A stretch of 63,791 nt of DNA, from positions 10,910,338 through 10,974,128 of the forward strand of contig CM119271.1 in NCBI GenBank assembly GCA_051294375.1, read 5' to 3'. Within the stretch, counting starts at the first letter, position 1. The number at the start of each line of letters is the position of its first letter. A program made the translations under genes and the position numbers. Below, piece after piece: positions 26,181 through 39,513 of this stretch. The notes under the pieces are model-generated. The model ran no database searches. It saw only the letters and a list, made by a program, of their open reading frames with translations, and was not told the origin of the DNA. This DNA comes from Paraspadella gotoi. Its lineage: Eukaryota; Animalia; Chaetognatha.

Positions 26181-26750
26181 GCGTAATGGGTTTGCTGGTG
26201 TTGTTGCAGGTATTGACGAAGAACTTCGCGGGTTCTGACGAATGATTGTTGTCCCCGACGTGTGAGAAACTTCGTTGTGTTTGGGATAAACTTTGATGTT
26301 GTTAACGATGTTTGATCAACCCGACGGAATCAATTACATTGTCTCTCTCTCTCTCTCNNNNNNNNNNNNNNNNNNNNNNNNNNNNNNNNNNNNNNNNNNN
26401 NNNNNNNNNNNNNNNNNNNNNNNNNNNNNNNNNNNNNNNNNNNNNNNNNNNNNNNNNNNNNNNNNNNNNNNNNNNNNNNNNNNNNNNNNNNNNNNNNNNN
26501 NNNNNNNNNNNNNNNNNNNNNNNNNNNNNNNNNNNNNNNNNNNNNNNNNNNNNNNNNNNNNNNNNACAACAACAACAACAACGACAACAACGGGAAAACC
26601 TAAACGACAATAAAACAAAAACAATCGCAAATTTGTTCGAAAAACAAAACGGGGGGAAAAAAAAAACAAACGATCGCTGAAATAATAAAAAGAACAAAAA
26701 ACAAAACTTAAAACGAATAAATGAAAAAAGAAAATACTTCTAAAACAAAG

Positions 26751-27673
26751 GGCTCTCTTTCCCGAGAGTGCCCCATTTCTGTCTGTTTATCCCAGAGTTT
26801 AATTTTAACCTTAATATTTTATCTAAATATGTTCTTAAACTTATTAATCTATCCCTAACCTTAATCTTGGCCTAACCCTTAACCATTATCCTAAATTTAT
26901 ATCCCTAACCTATTTATATCCCTATCCATAAACGCTACACCCTTACTAGGGGCGGCTTATCTCCGTAAGTTGTATCAAAAATTTTAATTGAGCTCAAACT
27001 AAAATTTATATATTTTTTTTAAAAATTAAGACAAACAAAAAAGTTTTAATATGACTCTATACCTTATATATTATTTTTTTAATATTTATTTATCTAGATA
27101 AAAATGACTAAAAAAATTTTTAGATTTTATTATTTTTAAGATCGGATTCCGGTAGTTTAAAAAAAGTTGTCAATATAAAGTAAAATTTGTTTTCATTTTC
27201 TGGTCATAAGTGGGTAAAAAATAAGAAAAACTATTAAAAATTATTATCATCATTATCTTCTAATAATTTTATCAATTTTTTCAAAATTTTGATCAAAAAA
27301 ATGTAAGAATTTTTAAAAGTTGCAATTATATTTTTTATTTAACTTTTTGTTCTCTATCAGAATCCATTAAAATAATTCAAGATTGATTAAAACAAATTTT
27401 TATCAGTTTATAGTAATATAATAATTTTGATAGTAATAAGAAAGATATTAAAATTAAAATTTTTTTGAAAATTTTTTTTCTTCCTGAAAGTCGACATTAA
27501 GACTAAAGTTTTGTACCCCTGCCCCTTTTGATTTTAATTTGATAGTACTATTAATAGATCTCTACCCTAACCACTTAACCTAATCCTTAACCGTAACCTT
27601 TAACCTTTAACCATCAAAAATTAATTCTAATTACGAATTTTAGTTAAAATGGGCCGTTTTGTGAAAATAAGAC
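26751..27673. mobile_element. TIR element(s) with (TAACCY)n filler and a nested AT-rich fold-back segment
   Basis: Left ggctctctttcccgagagtgcccc, right gggccgttttgtgaaaataagac; taacc arrays at ~26805-26925 and ~27567-27613; internal IR ggattccggtag/ctatcagaatcc. Confidence 0.45.
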
Positions 27674-27836
27674 TATGGGGGATTATTGCGACGATTTCCA
27701 GTTGTATTGGTGACCATTCTCAGCAACGAAAACGTTTTTTTCGCTGGTCAGATAGAATTCCTTCGATTCGTCAAAAGAAAATTTAAAACTTGGACGCTGC
27801 AGCCGGCACCGCCGCCGCCATAACCGCTGCAGCCTC

Positions 27837-27878
<42 letters not shown>

Positions 27879-28400
27879 AGTGTTTTCTTGTTTTCGTTAT
27901 CGTGTTTTTTTAAAACTTCATTCCAGCTGCGGAAAGTTTAAAAGCAGCGTCGACTGCAGCCGCTGCCAAACTTGAAGGGCCACCAGTCTTTCAGACTTCG
28001 AAGCTTAACCAATCTTGTATTTTTGCTATTCTCCTGGGAACCAATCTTTCGGCCTGGAATGAGCTTGTAATTGAACTCAATCTTAAGGGCTGTAATGAGC
28101 GAATGGTGCTTCCTAGTGCAATCAGGGGGGGGGCGATGAGTTTGCAATATTGCAATCTTTTTGGTGTCAGTAATATTCCAACCTTTTTGGAAAGCTATTT
28201 GTTAAACGTACGTAGAACCAATCTTTCAGACAGCGATATAAGCGTGAAAGCTGAAGTGCTTGCAAGAGGAACCAATCTTTTGGGGCGGCTTGGAATCGGA
28301 ACCAACCATTTCAAGTCTGAAATTTCGGGGGAAATGATTATCGCTTCCTCGTTGTCGTTATTGTTATTTTTGTTTTGGTTCGGTAGTTAAAGTTTCGCTC

Positions 28401-28479
<79 letters not shown>

Positions 28480-28794
28480 ATTGACGCCGGTGATTTAAGC
28501 GTCGCTTTAAAGTGTTTTGCCTGTACTTCTGCGCAGCGGAAACTCATTACAGTGAACGCCGCCATTCGTTACAATGCACGCGACACTTTTTACTCTTGTT
28601 TACGATTTATTTCGTGAAATTATAAGTTTAACTCGGTTTTCATAATTAATAATATAGTTTAATTAATTTTTTTTATTTTCAGGGTATTCGACATTCAACC
28701 ATCGAAACTTGTTCTCTTCGTTCTCGTTATCCTCCGTTTTTCTTTCAATTCGTCATCACAATGGTGTGTATCTAAAGGTTAAAATTGAACTGTT

Positions 28795-28965
28795 AAGTAC
28801 TCGTACGCCAACCCTGACGTTCCGGGTTCAATCCCCTCTCGGTCACTCTGGTTAAAGTGTGATGGTGTCGGCATGAACAGTTTAAACACGCCAGTGGCAT
28901 GGGGTGGTCACTGCAGGTCCACTTCAGGTCCTGAGCGCCAGCTGTCGGGATAAGCCTCACACCTT
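28795..28965 (+). mobile_element. 5'-truncated tRNA-derived SINE-like element (duplicate ~45278-45445)
   Basis: B box gggttcaatccc followed by cggtcac, complementary to a gtgacc-type 5' acceptor; GC-rich body. Confidence 0.5.
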
Positions 28966-29463
28966 AGGCATCACTCATGTCCTTCCGTTGCCAATTTTTT
29001 TTTGAATGTGCCGATAAACCATCATGATTTATAAAACGTGGCCTTATTTGTTGAAGTCGTCTAACTTATAATAACAGAACTAAGTTACAAAGGGATATTA
29101 CTCTTTTGAAAAAGAGGATTAATTTAAACAAAATGCCTACAATATTAAACAACTAAAACTCTTTTCCACATTTTTTGTTCGTTAGTTTTGAAGATAGTTG
29201 AAACAAATTACTGCAATATGCAAATGATATTTTGATATAACCGGAATGAAAGTATAAAATTAGAAAAAAAAAAAATTCAACCAAAAAACTCTCATTTAAA
29301 AAAAATCTTGGAATTGAAAAACAGCTAACCTCGACAAGAACAACAACACCAAAAAAGAAAACAGCTCCAAAACAACATCTCTGTGATCATCCACGTCTAA
29401 AGACGCGAAAAAAATACCTTTGCTTTCCTCCGATTCTGGATCTAAAATATTACTTTTTTTATT

Positions 29464-29473
29464 CCGCCGCTGC

Positions 29474-29504
<31 letters not shown>

Positions 29505-29585
29505 CGCAAGCCGCCGCCGACGCCGCGCCGCCGCCACCGCCGCCGCCGCCGCCGCGCGCCCCGCCGCCGCCGCACGCCGCCGCCG

Positions 29586-29622
<37 letters not shown>
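29464..29622. repeat. (GCC)n tract (another at 27838-27877)
   Basis: Trinucleotide run; much shorter in the duplicate at ~45909-45925. Confidence 0.95.
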
Positions 29623-29623
<1 letters not shown>

Positions 29624-32600
29624 AAGAGGCTTTCCAAGACGAAAACAATAAGAAGAGAACAAAAAAAAAAAACGAGAAAAATTTAAAAAAGAAAAAGAAA
29701 AAATTAAATAATTAAAAACGAAAACAGAAAATTAAAAACGATGAGAAAAAGAAAAAAAAAATTTCCCTCTTCTCATCTTTCCCGGTTTCTCTGGCTCCCA
29801 GAGATGCCGATGCTCTTTTGTTCTTCTTCTCTTGATTGGAAAATGGAATTTTGCGCCACCTGGAAAAAAAATCTGAGGTGAGTGTTGTCATCGTCGTTCG
29901 TCGTTCGTCGTTCGTCGTTGTTCGTCATTCGACGTCGTTCGTCGTTCGTCGTTCGTCATAGTTGAATCGGTTGGCGTGGAAAACTTCACTTCTGTTGTCA
30001 ACGGAGCGAGATCTTCCTGATACGAGTCTGATACGATACAGTGGGAATCGATCGTAAAATTGAACGCTCTCTTTGTTTTAATTAGAATGTACAGAAAATG
30101 TTTGCCTCTCAGGATTAGTATTGTCAGTAATTAATAAATTGTTAGGGCTTCTTCTTCCTTTGTTAGTTCTGAGTTAATTCTTTACATATTTCAACTCAAC
30201 TTCAATCTTTTACTCAATCAGTAAAAGTAGTCTCATAACTTTCTCNNNNNNNNNNNNNNNNNNNNNNNNNNNNNNNNNNNNNNNNNNNNNNNNNNNNNNN
30301 NNNNNNNNNNNNNNNNNNNNNNNNNNNNNNNNNNNNNNNNNNNNNNNNNNNNNNNNNNNNNNNNNNNNNNNNNNNNNNNNNNNNNNNNNNNNNNNNNNNN
30401 NNNNNNNNNNNNNNNNNNNNNNNNNNNNNNNNNNNNNNNNNNNNNNNNNNNNNNNNNNNNNNNNNNNNNNNNNTCTCTCCATCATCATCACCGCATACTC
30501 CAATCTCTTTACCCCATCATTTCCGCATCCCCAACTTTCCCCATCTTTTTCCCTTTCGATGTCTCGATGCCAGAGCAGACGTCATATTCCAGACTTTGGA
30601 AAAAAAGGTTTAATTGTTCTCGAGGAATCGTGGTTGTTGTTGTTGTTGTGATTTTTGTTGTTGTTGTTATCCTTGTTATCTCATCGATCGAATTTCCAAG
30701 AGGCTCACTGTTGTTGTTGTTGATGATGTTCTTATTGTCTTCATTGACGTCATTGTTGTCTTACCCGTCATGGTGATCGNNNNNNNNNNNNNNNNNNNNN
30801 NNNNNNNNNNNNNNNNNNNNNNNNNNNNNNNNNNNNNNNNNNNNNNNNNNNNNNNNNNNNNNNNNNNNNNNNNNNNNNNNNNNNNNNNNNNNNNNNNNNN
30901 NNNNNNNNNNNNNNNNNNNNNNNNNNNNNNNNNNNNNNNNNNNNNNNNNNNNNNNNNNNNNNNNNNNNNNNNNNNNNNNNNNNNNNNNNNNNNNNNNNNN
31001 NNNNNNNNNNNNNNNNNNNNNNNNNNNNNNNNNNNNNNNNNNNNNNNNNNNNNNNNNNNNNNNNNNNNNNNNNNNNNNNNNNNNNNNNNNNNNNNNNNNN
31101 NNNNNNNNNNNNNNNNNNNNNNNNNNNNNNNNNNNNNNNNNNNNNNNNNNNNNNNNNNNNNNNNNNNNNNNNNNNNNNNNNNNNNNNNNNNNNNNNNNNN
31201 NNNNNNNNNNNNNNNNNNNNNNNNNNNNNNNNNNNNNNNNNNNNNNNNNNNNNNNNNNNNNNNNNNNNNNNNNNNNNNNNNNNNNNNNNNNNNNNNNNNN
31301 NNNNNNNNNNNNNNNNNNNNNNNNNNNNNNNNNNNNNNNNNNNNNNNNNNNNNNNNNNNNNNNNNNNNNNNNNNNNNNNNNNNNNNNNNNNNNNNNNNNN
31401 NNNNNNNNNNNCGAGTGTCTCTCTCTCTATCTCACCCCTCTTTCCATTCATCCGCGTGGCTTTGTGCCATTTCGTTATCATAACGCGCCTCGTGGCAAAA
31501 CGCCACGCGAACCGCTTTTTTTCGTCGATGCCAATTCGCCGCCCATTTTTTTCTATCTCTCCTCAAAACTCTCTCTCTCTCTCTATTTCTCGTATCGAGG
31601 TATCAACAACTTTTTATCTGCTACTTTGAGCCAAATTACGTTGCTCTTTTATTCGAAGAAGGAAAACCGGGAACTTCAATTTCCAGATGTCGCTCCGACT
31701 GAACAACTGTATTTTTAAAGCATTATGCTAATTTTTTTGATAGATATGAATGAAATATATTTTTTGTTGATTAAATTAGTATAAATAATATGAAAATTAT
31801 CCACTTGTTTTATAACTTTCTTCAGGTTAAGACTTCCAAACTTTTTACAAGATAGTAATGTAGCTAAACCTTACTAATTATGAGCACTTTTGTAGAGTAA
31901 ATTAGTTTAAACATTCTTACTTTTTTTTTATCAACTTACTAAATAAGCTTTTATGATAAAATTTATATTAATCTATTTATAAATAAAATTTAAAAAAGTG
32001 AAATAGATAAAATGAAAGACAGACAGATCGACCAAAGTCCTACTTATATAGAGTTTCTCCGCAAGTAACTAAAAACTTTTAAAAAACACGCGAGAGAATA
32101 TTTGTAGAGGTCGACCGAACGCCGATAAAAAGTAGATCCGATAAGAATCCTAATCCCTTTTAATATCATTTCCTTCTTCTCTCTCTCCCTCACTCCCTCT
32201 CCCTCTCTCTTTTTCTCTCTCCCCCTCTCCTTCTTGGTTTTATTCTGGGAGGAAAGTGGGGGAGGAGGGAGACAAGTGTTTACTCCCGGAAACTTTTCCC
32301 CGTCTCACTTTCGTCTCTAATCGTCCGTTACAAAGTCGTGAAAAAATTCCGCCCCGACTTTGATGGAATTACGTTTTCCATTTATCCAAGAGTACTCGTC
32401 CTCTCTTCGAGAGTCAAGGACGTATCCGTCTCTCTCTCTCTCTCTCTCTCTCTCTCTNNNNNNNNNNNNNNNNNNNNNNNNNNNNNNNNNNNNNNNNNNN
32501 NNNNNNNNNNNNNNNNNNNNNNNNNNNNNNNNNNNNNNNNNNNNNNNNNNNNNNNNNNNNNNNNNNNNNNNNNNNNNNNNNNNNNNNNNNNNNNNNNNNN

Positions 32601-33297
32601 NNNNNNNNNNNNNNNNNNNNNNNNNNNNNNNNNNNNNNNNNNNNNNNNNNNNNNNNNNNNNNNNNNNNNNCATTAGTGGAGCCTAAGAATCAAGGATCGA
32701 GCAACGAGTTTCTTCATCTCCAGCGGTTCACTTCGAACATGTTTCGTAGAAACAGATAGAGACAGAGTCACACAGACGTGGGGGGGACAGACAATAAAAC
32801 AGTGAAGCCGAGAGAAAGAGAGAGAGAGAGACAAATATTGACAGAAAGAGTTGGAACGAGAAATTAAACGTCGAGACTCCGTATCTCTTTTTTTTTAANN
32901 NNNNNNNNNNNNNNNNNNNNNNNNNNNNNNNNNNNNNNNNNNNNNNNNNNNNNNNNNNNNNNNNNNNNNNNNNNNNNNNNNNNNNNNNNNNNNNNNNNNN
33001 NNNNNNNNNNNNNNNNNNNNNNNNNNNNNNNNNNNNNNNNNNNNNNNNNNNNNNNNNNTAAAGAGAGAGCGAGACGCCAAACGCCATAAACGAAAACCAC
33101 GGGATTTATATTCAGTGAAAAAAAAGTGTTCATATCATCAAAAAGCGATTTCGCCTGATGGCGCCTGATTCCGCAACCGTCTCCTTCTATCTCCTTCCTC
33201 CTCCTCTTCCTCCTCCTCCTCTTCCTCCCCCTTATCTTGGTCCCTTCCTCTCCCTTGGTCACCGAAAGCCGACCATCCGGTGGTGCGGACTTACTTT

Positions 33298-33521
33298 GGC
33301 TCTTTTTTCCGAGAGTGTACCATTTTTGAATTTAATTTTAACCTTAATATTTAACCTCAATATATTTTTCAACAAATAAACCGATCCCTAACCCTAACCT
33401 AACCTTAACTAACCTTAAATATAACTTAATCCCTTAACCTTAACTTTTAACCTTAACTTTAACTAAAAAAAAAAATTAACCTCATTCCAAATTTAGGGGT
33501 GCGTTCTCTGAAAATAAGGCC
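33298..33521. mobile_element. Short TIR element (MITE) with telomere-like (TAACCT)n core
   Basis: TIRs ggctcttttttccgagagtgtacc / ggtgcgttctctgaaaataaggcc enclose a taacct array; duplicate ~49922-50122. Confidence 0.6.
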
Positions 33522-33989
33522 AAAAAAGGGGCGTCACTGCCGCTTCTAAGATAAAAATTCGGCGCTCCTTGTCCAAAGATCGAAAAATGAGTAATCGGAA
33601 TTTTTTTGTTAATATCTAAAATTTATTTCGCAGCTAATTCCGCAAATTTCAGTCGGTTTACGCAATTCTTAATCCATCAAAGAGAATAAGGAATATCGCT
33701 TCTCACTCGCTCACACCGTGGCATCGCCGTTTGTTGACAATTTTAAAACCGGAATTTCATATTTTACCGTCTTAGTTACTCTTGTATTTCTCGAGAGTTT
33801 TCGTTGACATAGCAACTGCTGTACTCGCTCCGTGCTTATTTTTTACTCACTTTTTTCCGTTCACATCGTTTTCGAATATAATCAATTGTTGAGAAACTCG
33901 TGTCATTTTCTTAAAATTCTAAAAAAATCTCTCTTCAGGCAACGCAAAATAAGCGAGCTATATTTAGATTTTATTCCTTAGTTGTGTAA

Positions 33990-34050
33990 CTCATCACTCG
34001 AACAAGAGTCGAAACATGTCTGTTTATATTAAATAAAATCGTTGAAGTAC
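33990..34050 (+). other. Degenerate Penelope-type hammerhead remnant
   Basis: ctcatc-actc gaacaa gagt-cGAAACATGTC then aataaa; CUGANGA core mutated. Confidence 0.3.
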
Positions 34051-34118
34051 AAATCTAAACTTTGTTTTCGCCAAATACCAAAACACAACGAAACGAAAGG
34101 AATACCACAATATAGTAT

Positions 34119-34868
34119 AAACAAGTTTGAGCAAACAATGTCGGATCTGCCCACGATCATTATCGGTAATTAAATAATTAATAAATTAATAATTAATTAA
34201 TTCAAGTTAATTAATTAATTAGTCAACTAAATAATTAACTTGATCCAAAATATTTGTTTTGATTGGATTAATTGACTGATTAATTAATAATTGATTAATT
34301 AAATGAGTAATTGATTAATTAGCTGATTAATTATTTGATTAATTTATACATCTTGCATTTACATTTAATATAAAAAGAAAAAGAAGCATTTCCATTTAAA
34401 CTTATTTCCACTCAAACGATTCCATCGAAACTTTATTTCCAGCTTAATCACACACTTTCCTACCCACATACAAAATTTCAGGTCAATTGCCCCATCCACT
34501 CATGAGTAATTGGTGTTCAAATAACAAAATATATTTTTTTGTTTTTTCCATTTAAACTCCTTTCCACTCGGACGATTCCATCGAAACTTCATATCCAGCT
34601 TAATCACACACTTCCCCAATCACATACAAAATTGCATTCCAATCCATCCATCCAATTACGAGTAATTAGAATTTTTTATTAAGGTGGGATGGACGGACAG
34701 ATAGATTGATGGACGGACATCGTTTTTTTTTGTGCATAATTTATCATAATTCGATGTTCTGATATGAAATAAGTTAATGCCCAACAAGATTGAGGGGGTG
34801 GACCGACGGACCGACAAAGTGAATTATAGAGTCTGGATCTGCTTATAAGCAGATTCGACTAAAAAAAA
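34119..34868 (-). mobile_element. Non-autonomous Helentron (HINE/DINE-1-like), full length (duplicate ~50685-51372)
   Basis: Reverse complement of 39642-40417: subterminal IRs gtcggatctgc, 5' hairpin, (GTCC)-type microsatellite, internal repeats, 3' ...caaacttgtt, T-rich insertion site. Confidence 0.8.
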
Positions 34869-34939
34869 TCCATTTATTATCGAATTATCGAATTACGGAC
34901 GGCCTCACTTTATACAGGATTCGTTAATGTTAATGTTTA

Positions 34940-35558
34940 TTAAGGCGTAGTAAAATTCTTAAATTTAACTTTAATTAAAATTTGATAAAAGTGAGGAACG
35001 AACAACATTATACTAATACATTTATGTAATAAAAAATTTATAATAGATTTTACAATTTACGCAGTAGGCCATATTTTTACTAGTACTAAACAAATAAATG
35101 TTTAAAATTTCAAAACAGTTTTTTCTAAGATTTTTTTTGCAGATTTGGATTCGTCATAAAAGTTAATAAAAAGAAATATAACTCTTTTATAAAAATTCCT
35201 CCATTAAGTGGGTCAAAAATTAGAAAATCTATATTTTAAGCTGAAAATTAATTTTTTATATATTAAATATTTTTTTTTTTAATTTTTAACCCACTTAATG
35301 AAAGAATTTTTAAAAATGAGTTATATTTTTTTTCTATCAACTTTTGACGAGGAATTCCCAAATCTGCAATCAAAATTAAAAAAAACCTATTTTGAAATTT
35401 TTCGATTTTATAGGATAGTACTATATATTGAATATAGCCTACTGCGAAAATTAAAAAAACATAAAATTAATTTTTTTTACAAATTAATGTTCACTGATGG
35501 TATGTTGTTTCATAATTAACTTTTAGAATTTTTGTACGTAACTTTCACTACGGCTTAA
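34940..35558. mobile_element. ~620-bp fold-back MITE with TTAA target duplication and GG...-type termini (Kolobok-like); duplicate ~51439-52010
   Basis: TTAA-GGCGTAGT...ACTACGGC-TTAA; long inverted arms (cgcagtaggc/gcctactgcg, ttgcagatttgg/ccaaatctgcaa, cattaagtggg/cccacttaatg). Confidence 0.75.
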
Positions 35559-37060
35559 TGTTTATAATGCAGCATACGATCGTCGGCGTCGCCTGATCGC
35601 ACGAAATGCGCGTCTGCTGCCCGACCCGCGCGATCGAACAGGCGGTTGCTGCGGGGGCGGGGGAAGATGAGCGAAGAAATCTTAACGAAGGAGAACAAAA
35701 CGAGGATTAGCGACGATTCGACAAAGTTGATGGGCTCATCCTCTTTCTACTTTGAGTATACAGTTGAAAGTTCACCGGACTCGAATGACAAATAAACTGA
35801 AAAATTGTGAATTAACAATGACATTGTAACGACGAAGGTGACCCCAGCCGGTCACTTTGTCGTATGGTCGCGAGAGAAGCCGGTTACTAACTCTTTCTCT
35901 TTTCTCTCTTCTTCCCTCTCTCTTTCTCCTCTTCCTTAATCAGGGCCGCGCTCTCTAAGTCACTCTCATCTCAATATCATGTAAATTGAACGTCTCTCTG
36001 ATCTGTGATTTTAACCTGCAATAAACCTTGTTTTATGTACCTCATCAACATTCGGCTCAAGCGAATTCTCACCCACATGATCGAAGCATAACTGTGAAAG
36101 AATCGTTTGTGCATTCGCGTTCGTCATTTAAGTTCAAACATTGGGATACTTGTATTAATTTGACCGTAATACGTTATAATGAATTACTACGTACATGTTA
36201 CTATATGTGTGGAAATTTGAAGTCCTGAAGAGAACAACAAAACGTGAAAACGTGAGGATATGATATTAGAAAACGAGGAAGAGAGAGCAAAGAAGATAAG
36301 AGTAATTAAGTACTTTGTGAGTGAGCGCAGGAGAGGAGACATGAGAGAGAAAACTGAGTTAACAGCGAATAGTAGGAAGTGATAGGATTAAGATTGATCA
36401 CGAATATTTTTATATTAAATTTTTTTTTTCAAGGCGCTTGTTTACGGATCTTATAGATATAACTTTACTAAAAACGCATTCACGATCAAATCCACGCGGT
36501 CCTTTTCCCTTATAACAAACTTAAACCAAAAGTGGATCAAAGGTGGTAAGGCGGCGTCGCAAAATATGAATTGGCAATACCACACGACTATTTTAAAACG
36601 TGTTTTGATCTTGTCTCTGTCTTGGGCATATTTATGTTTCCAAAAGCCGATGACTTAGAGAAAGAGCCGTCGAATCGTCCTCAGGAATTTCTAAAAGATA
36701 GATGATATCGTGCCCATCGTATAGGTATAGTCAGCAAACAGAACCCAACTAGAACATTTTGTAAATTTGAATGATTTTTTTTCTTTCAGAGTCATTGAAG
36801 TTAAATAAAGACAAATAAAACAAAACAAAACTTGTTTTTTACCAATCGTTCGTGGGGAATTACTTACCGTGGGAAAAAAAATGACTATCACCATTCAAAT
36901 TCCTTTAATGATAGACCCTTAAGCTTATGATATCATCCCCTTTAATCTTTAATGATAGCGCTAGTCGCTTCGTCTTAAATGGAATCAGTTTCGTTTCCCT
37001 CAAGAGCCAAACCTCTCCTCTTATTTCTTCTGGTCTCTGACGATGATCATTTTTTTGTAG

Positions 37061-37234
37061 AAACCTATCACGAGCGCTGCGGTACCTCACGGGGACTGCG
37101 TAGAGTTTCCGTACGCTTCTGTGGTCGTTTCGGTTATTGGACTTCTTGCGGCGAGGTTTCAGGGGAAGATTGAGGACGATCTTATGCCAGACGGAAGTCA
37201 ACTGCAAGATTTCAGATTATATAATTACACTTAG
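37061..37234 (+). CDS. Frameshifted (noisy) copy of the 8-Cys terminal exon at 53312-53490
   Basis: ttttttgtag acceptor; matches the 53312-53490 copy apart from single-base deletions and a substitution. Confidence 0.5.
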   Translation, partial: KPITSAAVPHGDCVEFPYASVVVSVIGLLAARFQGKIEDDLMPDGSQLQDFRLYNYT

Positions 37235-38102
37235 ACTTATGCTTGTTTGTAATTCAAAGTAGAAATGGAGCACTTGGGAACATAAATTTTACTTGAGTGA
37301 ACAAACCAAGGATATTTAGATGTGAGATCGTATGATTAAGGATGATTAAGGGCACTTTTTTCCATCCGATGCCCCTTGCTGCGGCCTCCTGAAGGCAGCG
37401 GACTCAAACACATGCACAAAACTAACCCTAAACACTTAAATCTTTAATTTGATTTTAACCTCTAATCTTAAATAACTAGTCCTTAACCTAAATCCTAACC
37501 CTAAATTACAAACTTAACTAACTTAAAAAAGTATATGTGTCGACTAAAGTTCGGTTTTTCATCCTCATCTTCACAAAACTATTTATCTTTATTTCTCTTT
37601 ATGTATGTAAAAAAATAAGAATTTGATTTTCTCGTGTGTGTTAAGAGGAAAGGTCATTCAGCATAAACAATACATTAATCATTGATGTGTTAGAGCTAAT
37701 ATTCGAGAAATACATTATAGTCATCTGTAATCACAAAGAAATAAGTTCTTATTTATTTGTGTCATTCTGTTTTCAATAATTTTTTTTAAATGGGTAAATA
37801 ACAAAATTGTTAAGTTTAAATGGGTAAGCACATTTTTTAAAGATTTGTTTTTCAATCTGGTTGTTAAAAATTCTAAGGTAAGAAGTTAAAACACGGTATG
37901 GATAGTTTAGAAGGGAGAATTAACCGTTAATCTCGGTTATCTGTTGTTTTCCAGTCATGAACAAAATCTTCAGTTAAATGGATGGTAAAGAAATTCGAGC
38001 TACAATGAATCTACAGCTGAATTTGAGAAGTTGAGCCTAAACGACTGCAATAATATTGAATTAAAAAATTTGATCAGCAATCTAAAAAAAATTTGTTAAA
38101 AA

Positions 38103-39193
38103 TGTCGTCGGTCCGCCCTCAATATTGTCGGGCACATAACTTATATCATGTCAGAAATCGAATTATGATAAATTATGCAAAAAAAATATTGTCCGTCCGT
38201 CCGTTGTCTGCCTGTCCGTCCGTCCGTCCTCCTCCGTCCGCCCACCTTAGGCAAAACACAATTTACGTGTTGATGGATGGGAATGAAATTTGTGTGTGGT
38301 AGGAAGGTGGATTGAGCTGTATATGAAGTTTCGATGGAATCGTGCGAGTGAAATGAGTTTAAATGGAAAAATAAAAATAATAAATTTCACTATTTGACAC
38401 TAATTACTCAAGAGTGGATGGGGCGATTGGCTTGAAATTTTGTATTTGGTAGGAGAAAGTGTGTGTGAGCAGATTTCAAGTTTCGTTGGAATCATTTTTG
38501 AGGGAATGATTTAAATGGAAAAAAACAAAAACCTGTTTCACAACTTTGATTAGCTTCTTTTTCCTTTTATATTAAATGTATATGCAGGATGTATTAATAA
38601 ATCAATAATTAATCATTAATTAATCAATTAGTAAATAATTAATCAATAATTAATTAATTACTCAATTCAATCGTCCATCCGTCCCACCTTAGCAAAAGCT
38701 CCAATAACTCGTGATTGGCTGGTTGGATTGGGAATAAAAAATTTTGTGTGTTTGGATAGGAAAAGTGTTGATAAAGCTGGATATAAGTTTCGATGGAATC
38801 GTGTGAGTGGAATTAGTTTAAATGGAAAAAACATAAGTGCATTTACTAAAATCTTTTTACTTTATTTTTACCAATAAATATTCTAATTAATCATAATGGA
38901 GGATAGATTGAGTTGAAATTTTGTTGTGGGTAGGAAATGTGTGACGAAGCTTGATATAAGTTTCAGGTGGAAACGTACAGTGGAAATGAGTTTAATAAAA
39001 AATATATGAGCACATTTACTTGAATCTTTTTAATTTATTTTAACCCATTGATAGATTGAGATGAATTTTGTGAGCCGGTAGGAAAGTGAGTGAAGAAGCT
39101 AGATATAAGTTTTGACGGAATGCAAAGTTGAAAAAATGATGCAAGTTAAAAAAAATCTTTAAAAGCATAAGGATCGTGCAATTGCCAATAAAA

Positions 39194-39227
<34 letters not shown>

Positions 39228-39513
39228 GAGAGAGAAAGAGAGAGAGTGAGAGAGAGAGAAAGAGTGAGAGAGAGAGAGAGAGAGAGAGGAGACATAAAAT
39301 AAAATAGAGATATTTTTTGTTTTGATAAAATGTAAACAAAAACTTTAATAACTGTCCTGACTCAATTTAAGGACATTGATGATGACAAACTGAATATAAA
39401 TTATAATTCATTATTAAAATTAATTAATCAATTAATTAATCTATTAATTAATTAATTAATCTATTAATTAATTAATTATCGTAGGCAGATCCGACATTGT
39501 TGCTCAACTTGTT
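38103..39513 (+). mobile_element. 5'-truncated, internally expanded HINE-like element (duplicate ~54355-55779)
   Basis: (gtcc)n, about 5 copies of the ~145-bp internal repeat, 3' ggcagatccgacattgttgctcaacttgtt. Confidence 0.75.

Noticed and set aside
29296-29686. Poly-Ala/Pro/Gly/Arg ORFs resembling a transcription-factor low-complexity region
   Set aside because: Pure (GCC)n tract, largely absent from the duplicate copy, with no domain attached.
32730-32755. Third hammerhead (acatgtttcg)
   Set aside because: No CUGANGA core or stem II next to it.
33380-33465. True telomere
   Set aside because: Short, degenerate, internal and enclosed by TIRs.
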